Shown here piece by piece: positions 16,728 to 22,381 of a stretch of 22,381 bases of DNA. Position 1 is the first letter of the stretch. Each line of letters starts with the position of its first letter. The DNA comes from Promethearchaeota archaeon. GTDB taxonomy: Archaea > Asgardarchaeota > Lokiarchaeia > Sigyniarchaeales > SOKP01. The notes under the pieces were generated by a model, which had not been told where the DNA came from, ran no database searches, and was given only the letters and a program-made list of their open reading frames with translations. The stretch lies in the NCBI GenBank assembly GCA_048941265.1, contig JBHLNT010000064.1, positions 1 to 22,381 of the forward strand, in the 5' to 3' direction. The position numbers were made by a program, and so were the translations under genes.

Positions 16728-17825
16728 ATGACTAACGATCAGAAGATAGGGATTGTTATTGATGATGATTTTGCAGTAAAAAACAATCCCCCATATCAAC
16801 ATCCCATATTTCTTTCTTATGAAAATCCACTTAGAATAAAGGTAATTTTGGAATATTTCGAAAAAATAAATTTATGGGATGATAAAAGAATTATTAAACT
16901 TGAACCAAAGCTAATAAATGAGGGGCTATTGAATTTGGCTCATACTAAGTACTATATCAATACAGTAAAGCGACTTTCTACTTATGGAAGCGGCATTCTT
17001 GATGAGGAAGTGTTCATTACGCAGGATACTTTCTCCTTAGCAAAAAAAGCAGTGGGAGGTACCATAGAGGCAATAGAAAAGCTATTAAAAAATGAGGTAT
17101 CTCAATCAATTGCTCTGGTAAGACCTCCCGGACATCACGCCTTACGCGAAAAAGGTTCTGGGTTATGTATCTTCAATAATATTGCATGTAGCATCTTGTA
17201 TTTAAGAAAAGAAATAGGTTATAAGAAGAAACTTGCCATAATAGACATTGACGATCATTTTGGAGACGGATTGGTTCAATATTTTTACGATGATCCAGAT
17301 GTGCTTTATTTCTCAATCCACGAATTTGATTTTATAGAAAATGATCTTGGATTTATAAATGAACTAGGAGAAGGACAAGGATTAGGAAAAAATATTAATT
17401 TTCCTGTTCCAGCGGGGATTACTGATGACGATTTTTCGGTATTTTTCAATATACTGGAACCAATTCTAAAAGAATATGAACCAGATCTTATTATCGTGGC
17501 AATGGGATTTGACATGTATTTTGATGATCCCATTGGAAATTGTTTATTAACTAGCATTTCTTACCATAAATTTGCCGAAAAACTATTAAGTTTAGCGCAG
17601 CAAGTCTGTGAAGGTAAATTAGCTTTTATTTTAGAAGGAGGATACAGTCTCATAGGTTTACCTATCTGCCTTCAGGCCGTTACATGTGGTCTATTAAATA
17701 AAAAGTATGAACAACCGCTTTTTGAAAAAATTATTTTTTCAAGCGAATCAAAAATGGAAGAAGTAGTGCAAATCAAATCGAAATTAGAGAAACTTTTGAA
17801 GAACTATTGGAATTCTTTAAAGTAA
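16728..17825 (+). CDS. Zn-dependent histone deacetylase family protein (HDAC/AcuC superfamily)
   Basis: ENPLRI, RPPGHHA, GLCIFNN, DIDDHFGDG, SIHE, NINFP, GFD....DPIG, LEGGY. Confidence 0.93.
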   Translation: MTNDQKIGIVIDDDFAVKNNPPYQHPIFLSYENPLRIKVILEYFEKINLWDDKRIIKLEPKLINEGLLNLAHTKYYINTVKRLSTYGSGILDEEVFITQDTFSLAKKAVGGTIEAIEKLLKNEVSQSIALVRPPGHHALREKGSGLCIFNNIACSILYLRKEIGYKKKLAIIDIDDHFGDGLVQYFYDDPDVLYFSIHEFDFIENDLGFINELGEGQGLGKNINFPVPAGITDDDFSVFFNILEPILKEYEPDLIIVAMGFDMYFDDPIGNCLLTSISYHKFAEKLLSLAQQVCEGKLAFILEGGYSLIGLPICLQAVTCGLLNKKYEQPLFEKIIFSSESKMEEVVQIKSKLEKLLKNYWNSLK

Positions 17826-17850
17826 TAGAAAAAAAAATAAAAAAAATTAT

Positions 17851-18255
17851 TTATATAACCTCTGAAAGCTTTTTAGCATATTCTTGTACTGCAAATAATG
17901 CATCGCGAGGTCCCACTTGAGGGTTAATATAGCATATCAACGCACCTGTACCTCCAATGGGAATAGGTGCTATTATTATATGTCCCTTTCCGGTTATATT
18001 AGTGCCTATTTTCCTCTCTTCAGTATTCTCTACAATCATATATTTTATGCCAAGGATCGAAATGCTGGTCATACCTTTTTGACCAAGTTCAAGTTTCGTC
18101 TGAACAAGCTCGTTAATCTGTGCTAAATCTCCAGTAATGTCCCAATTATCCGTTTGAGTTAATAATGTCCCATCTCGATTTACAATCGCCACACCGAATA
18201 TGTTTTGTTCTTCATTTAATAAATCATCAATAATAGATTCGATATCAGAAGACAT
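17851..18255 (-). CDS. Profilin (Asgard/Loki type)
   Basis: 134 aa. TQTDNW, GIKYMIVENTEERKIGTNITGKGH, PIPIGG and NPQVGPRD...VQEYAKKL match Lokiarchaeal profilins as I recall them. Confidence 0.93.
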   Translation of the reverse strand: MSSDIESIIDDLLNEEQNIFGVAIVNRDGTLLTQTDNWDITGDLAQINELVQTKLELGQKGMTSISILGIKYMIVENTEERKIGTNITGKGHIIIAPIPIGGTGALICYINPQVGPRDALFAVQEYAKKLSEVI

Positions 18256-18409
18256 TTTAATTTCTAATCTCTATCATTTTTTACTATATACTAATACAGA
18301 TAGAATTTATATTTAAATAATTAGTTAAAGTTAACCAGTTTGAAACCGGAATGTTCAACTTTTATCTTCCATTTATCTAATTTTTTGTACACATAGGTTT
18401 TAGCGGGTA

Positions 18410-18433
18410 ATCCACAAATGTTTTATTATTATC
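18410..18433 (+). promoter_or_regulatory. BRE-TATA-like promoter upstream of the BNR gene
   Basis: ATCCACAAATGTTTTATTATTATC; 21 of 24 nt identical to 20881-20904. Confidence 0.55.
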
Positions 18434-18522
18434 TTTTAATAGAAAATTACATTTTAATAGATATATTATCGAAAAGATGAAATGAAAAACTCTTTAATTC
18501 ATAATGCGGAGGTTTTAATATA

Positions 18523-19722
18523 ATGAATATAAAAGATGTTGAGCACGTTTTCGTCTATAAGGACAAAAAACTGGCGCATGCGTGCAATCAAGTCAGTTTA
18601 ATTACGCTACAGAACGGCGAAGTTTTTATGGGATTTAATGAGGAAAGATGGCCAATCCATGCTGACAGCGGTCAATCATGTTTCATCAAATCAAAAGACG
18701 GAGGAAAGAGCTGGGATCCCTCCACTAAGCGGGTGATCTGGCCCTACACTAAGTTTATGGGGAATTGGGATTGCGCTTTTACCCAATTATCTACTGGAAA
18801 AATCTTGATGCACACACGGGTATGTAATTTCCTAGCTCCAAGAGGAATTGCTTCCGAGGGCGATCAGATGTTAGGGATGCCTCCTCCAGGATTTCCAGAG
18901 CGTCTCAAGAGGCAGACAGGTTATGCTATACTCAAATCCAAAGATAATGGTAATACTTGGTCCAAACCTATTGAAGTCAACACAAGTCCTATTGCTAGCT
19001 CATCGTTGAGTCCCTATGCTTGTGGAGGGTCAGGTGCGGGACACATCATTGAGCTTCCAGACAAGGGATTATTGATGCCCTTGGCAGGGACTTTATCGAT
19101 CGCAGGAGAATGGGGCGAACCCGGAACCGGATCCGAGACAACACGGTGTTTTTTATTGAGGTCAGATGATGGTGGTGATAACTGGGAATACTGGTCTACC
19201 GTTGCATATGATCCAGCAAGCATCATAAACTTTATTGAGCCAGGCATGGCACGACTTAAGGATGATAAACTGATATGCTTGATGAGGACTGCCCACAGGC
19301 CAAAACGGCAGGATAATATGTGGTTCACCTGGTCGGATGACAATGGAGTCACTTGGAGTCCTCCCAAAAGGACCTCTCTTTGGGGATACCCGGCAGATGT
19401 CATGCAATTGAAAGATGGACGCGTATTGGCAGTATATGGTTATAGAAAGGCACCATGGGGAGTATGTGGTTGTATTTCAGAAGATGGCTTGACATGGGAT
19501 ATTCAAAACGAGTTTATCATTAGAGAAGGAGGAGTACCGGTACCAAAGCCAGGTCAAGGTTCTCGCGGTCTTCAAGATATGCTGATTCAAGCTCAATATT
19601 GGCATATTGGATACCCAAGCGTTACTCAGTTGGAAGATGAGACCGTAATCGTTGGCTACCACGAGTACAGCGATGATGAGATGCCCCTCCAATACCTTAT
19701 GTCCACCCGCTTCAAAGTTTAA
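18523..19722 (+). CDS. BNR/Asp-box repeat beta-propeller (sialidase-like glycoside hydrolase fold)
   Basis: Asp boxes SKDGGKSW, SKDNGNTW, SDDGGDNW, SDDNGVTW, SEDGLTW, plus C-terminal GYPS. No signal peptide. Confidence 0.85.
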   Translation: MNIKDVEHVFVYKDKKLAHACNQVSLITLQNGEVFMGFNEERWPIHADSGQSCFIKSKDGGKSWDPSTKRVIWPYTKFMGNWDCAFTQLSTGKILMHTRVCNFLAPRGIASEGDQMLGMPPPGFPERLKRQTGYAILKSKDNGNTWSKPIEVNTSPIASSSLSPYACGGSGAGHIIELPDKGLLMPLAGTLSIAGEWGEPGTGSETTRCFLLRSDDGGDNWEYWSTVAYDPASIINFIEPGMARLKDDKLICLMRTAHRPKRQDNMWFTWSDDNGVTWSPPKRTSLWGYPADVMQLKDGRVLAVYGYRKAPWGVCGCISEDGLTWDIQNEFIIREGGVPVPKPGQGSRGLQDMLIQAQYWHIGYPSVTQLEDETVIVGYHEYSDDEMPLQYLMSTRFKV

Positions 19723-19845
19723 GAAAATATAAAAATTTTTTATTTCCCAGTTTTATTCACCATCCTATTAAATAAAAACTAAATATTTTTATAATTCTAG
19801 TCTATTTTTAGTATGGTATAAGCTAAATATTAAAGGTATTTCAAA

Positions 19846-20697
19846 ATGCATGAGCTTATATTTTATAGCCTGATAATACTAGTTTTTATAAGAGTAATTG
19901 GATTTATTGTTTCAGTTGATTTCTACTATGATACAAAATGGGAAACTTATATTTATTCCGCACTTGGTTGGAGTTTGTGGACCATAGCTGGAATATTTCC
20001 ATTGCTTTCAGAGGTTACTACTAATCAAATGCAGAAAGAGTTTTTTCTTTTAATGAATCATATTCTCGGACCATTAGCATTAACATTTTTAATAATCACA
20101 TTATCTTCCTATTATCTTAATATATCTCGTCCTAGAATTCTGCTTTTTTCTCTAATCTTAATAGTATTTCCAATAATTATTTATTTTACTTTGGGCCTTG
20201 AGTTTGTTTCAATTTTTGCTCGGATCTTCCAGTTTTTTATAATAATCCTTATGTGTTTGTTGCCACTTTTTAAGTTTAAAAATTTTAAGGCCAGGATTGG
20301 TAAAAGTATTAGATGGTATTATCTCATATGTATATCAATAATTCTATATATCCCCCTAGTCACCTTAAATATAATAAATAATGCAAATTTTAGATTTTTC
20401 CAGAGTGAAAGCATTCTTCTCATCATGATAGTTTATACTTCTATCATTATAATGACTATTTTAATTATAGCTTTTATGATTCATTTAGAATATAATGTTT
20501 CAGTTGAGCAGAAGAAGAAATTAAAGGATAAGTACTCTCATAACTTAGGAAATGTGTTACAAGCTATTGAATCTGCTCGTTTTTTAACAGAGAAGAAAAA
20601 AAGTATGGATAATAATAGTGTATTAGAAGTTGAAGATATTATTGAAAAGAAGTTTAGGGAGGCTGCTGAAATATTAGAAGAGATTAGAAAACTCTAA
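19846..20697 (+). CDS. 7TM membrane sensor with C-terminal HisKA/DHp helix pair and no ATPase domain
   Basis: About 7 hydrophobic helices, then H-box-like KYSHNLGNVLQAI and a second helix ending EILEEIRKL. No N/G1/F/G2 boxes follow. Confidence 0.7.
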   Translation: MHELIFYSLIILVFIRVIGFIVSVDFYYDTKWETYIYSALGWSLWTIAGIFPLLSEVTTNQMQKEFFLLMNHILGPLALTFLIITLSSYYLNISRPRILLFSLILIVFPIIIYFTLGLEFVSIFARIFQFFIIILMCLLPLFKFKNFKARIGKSIRWYYLICISIILYIPLVTLNIINNANFRFFQSESILLIMIVYTSIIIMTILIIAFMIHLEYNVSVEQKKKLKDKYSHNLGNVLQAIESARFLTEKKKSMDNNSVLEVEDIIEKKFREAAEILEEIRKL

Positions 20698-20880
20698 TGT
20701 AATGCATTTCCAATACTAAGCAATGAATATTTTCAAAATTTATGTGTATTTTAACCGAGGATCAAATATAGAAGATCTCAGAAAAGGGCTCATAAATATA
20801 AAGCAATGCCAAAATTATAAACTCAATTATTCTCTATACTTTTCCTTTTTTTTCAAATTTTTAAAAATAGTCTGGATTTG

Positions 20881-20904
20881 ATCCACAAATATTTTATTAG
20901 TACC
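20881..20904 (+). promoter_or_regulatory. BRE-TATA-like promoter upstream of the ABC genes
   Basis: ATCCACAAATATTTTATTAGTACC, 110 nt before ATG 20991. Confidence 0.55.
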
Positions 20905-20990
20905 ATTTTATAATACTAATATTAAAGGAAAAATTAATTCAAAAACTCTTCAAAATTTTTTAAAAAAAAAAAAGTCGGTGAGATTAAAAT

Positions 20991-21536
20991 ATGGCTTTAA
21001 GATTATGGAGAAAGGCTATTAAAATGATGCTCCGGGAGAAAAAGATATTTGTTATTTTTACGGGCATATACACGATTTTAATTTTTTTAACAAGCTTTTT
21101 TATTGAAACTACTTTAAGTGCGGGTGTTGGATTTTTGTCCAATTACTTCATAATGATTTTCTTTATCACAAGTTTAATACTCTCTTTACTTTATGCCTGG
21201 CTAATTGTATCGAGAAATAGAAAAATTTTCGCAACCTTAAAGTGCATTGGATGGACTAATGGAAATATAAATTCTTTAGTAACTGGAATTATTATATTTA
21301 CAACTATTTCGGGTTTTATTCTTGTTATTGAAGGATTATTTCATTATGCCGCAATTATGGAATATTTACAGTCAACAGGTACTTTAGCAAATTATCCCCC
21401 AATTTTAATAAGTCTCACTCCAGTTGTTATAACGTTCGCAATGTTTCTATTTGTTCAACTTATTGCGATAATCTTAGCTAATAGAAAAGTATTGAAAGTT
21501 CGACCCGTAATTGCATTAAGGCGGGTTGGTCAGTAA
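20991..21536 (+). CDS. Minimal FtsX/MacB-like ABC permease (4 TM)
   Basis: Coupling motif SRNRKIFATLKCIGW, C-terminal KVRPVIALR, four TM helices; lies directly upstream of the ATPase. Confidence 0.8.
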   Translation: MALRLWRKAIKMMLREKKIFVIFTGIYTILIFLTSFFIETTLSAGVGFLSNYFIMIFFITSLILSLLYAWLIVSRNRKIFATLKCIGWTNGNINSLVTGIIIFTTISGFILVIEGLFHYAAIMEYLQSTGTLANYPPILISLTPVVITFAMFLFVQLIAIILANRKVLKVRPVIALRRVGQ

Positions 21537-21550
21537 GGTGATAAAAACAA

Positions 21551-22234
21551 ATGCCAGTAAGTAAAGATGTGATGATTGAATGTATAGATGTGAATAAGGA
21601 ATATAGGCGTGCCGGGGCGATTATCCGAGCGTTGGTTGATATAAATATATCAATTAAATCCGGAGATTTCGTTATCATTCAAGGCCCAACAGGGTGCGGG
21701 AAAAGCACTTTGTTAAATGTGATGTCTGGTTTAGATTTGCCGGATTCGGGGAAAATTATTTTTGATGGTGAAAATATTGCAAGATCTAAGGAGGATCGAC
21801 TAGCTAAGATTCGCAGACAAAAGGTGGGATTTGTCTTTCAAGATTTTAACTTAATTAATACATTAACGGCCGTTGAAAATGTAGAAGCAATGCTATGGCC
21901 TACTGTTTTAAGGTCAAAAGAGATTGAAAATCGAGCAATTGCGGCATTGCGTGATGTAAATATGCTTGAAAGAAAGGATCATTTTCCTGTCGAAATGAGC
22001 GGCGGGGAAAAGCAGCGGGTGGCGCTTGCAAGAGCTATAGTGGGGAAACCAAGAGTGGTTTTTGGCGATGAAGTTTCTGGAAATTTAGATCCCCAATCTG
22101 AAAAGGAAGTTATGGAGTTGTTAAAGCAAATTAATCAAGATTATGAAACTACGATGATAATCGTCACTCACAGAGACACAGTAGCAAAATATGGAAACAC
22201 AATTATAAAAATGGATAATGGACGAGTAAAATAA
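21551..22234 (+). CDS. ABC transporter ATP-binding protein, LolD/MacB/FtsE type
   Basis: Walker A GPTGCGKST, Q-loop GFVFQ, signature MSGGEKQR, Walker B/D-loop VFGDEVSGNLD, H-loop IVTH. Confidence 0.93.
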   Translation: MPVSKDVMIECIDVNKEYRRAGAIIRALVDINISIKSGDFVIIQGPTGCGKSTLLNVMSGLDLPDSGKIIFDGENIARSKEDRLAKIRRQKVGFVFQDFNLINTLTAVENVEAMLWPTVLRSKEIENRAIAALRDVNMLERKDHFPVEMSGGEKQRVALARAIVGKPRVVFGDEVSGNLDPQSEKEVMELLKQINQDYETTMIIVTHRDTVAKYGNTIIKMDNGRVK

Positions 22235-22246
22235 TATAAATACACA

Positions 22247-22314
22247 TTTTTTATGTCTTCTTTTTTTTAATCATTAGAATTTGGAAATGAGAATTCCAAA
22301 ATTTCATTTTTTTT
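22247..22314 (+). terminator. T-tracts plus hairpin TTTGGAA-N7-TTCCAAA after the ABC ATPase
   Basis: T-runs at ~22247-22268; inverted repeat at 22280-22300 followed by another T-run. Confidence 0.45.
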
Positions 22315-22381
22315 AAAATTAGTATTTATAATTTGAGTAGAACTTTAGATACCGCTCTCTATTTATTTTTTCATTTATAAT

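Noticed and set aside
14415-18126. ORFs 14415-14717, 15447-15662, 17306-17557, 17917-18126
   Set aside because: Antisense to well-supported genes, with no recognisable motifs.
1-18255. Functional link between the thermosome (CCT folds actin) and profilin
   Set aside because: They are ~16.5 kb apart with many unrelated genes between them; proximity gives no support.
20956-20973. T6-A12 tract before the ABC permease as a phase-variable switch
   Set aside because: It is non-coding, and long A/T runs are common in the intergenic DNA of this window.
19014-21678. Minus-strand ORFs 19014-19403, 19162-19407, 19477-19692, 21478-21678
   Set aside because: Antisense shadows of the BNR and ABC genes.

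Overview
AT-rich archaeal DNA, very probably from an Asgard archaeon (Lokiarchaeia-like). The evidence is a Loki-type profilin, a membrane protein ending in an Asgard-type longin-like domain, a Loki-CTERM-like sorting tail and a thermosome. From left to right: the 3' part of a thermosome subunit and a DUF559/Vsr-like nuclease. Next is a ~6.1 kb minus-strand expansion (2478-8611) of four paralogous 7-8 TM membrane proteins and three paralogous ribbon-helix-helix (RHH) proteins, one frameshifted, with conserved upstream motifs and an unannotated decayed beta-helix gene inside it. Then come two surface-anchored repeat proteins (SBBP beta-propeller, duplicated parallel beta-helix), a cyclase/kynurenine formamidase-family hydrolase, a polytopic membrane protein with longin-like C-terminus divergent from a Zn-dependent HDAC, profilin, an Asp-box (BNR) protein, a 7TM protein with HisKA but no ATPase domain, and a minimal FtsX-like permease plus LolD/MacB-like ATPase. 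The best candidate for an undescribed system is the duplicated RHH + orphan multi-TM module; the longin-membrane protein/HDAC/profilin trio is second. No rRNA, tRNA, CRISPR array or transposase was recognised. All family calls come from motif recognition by eye, not from database searches.
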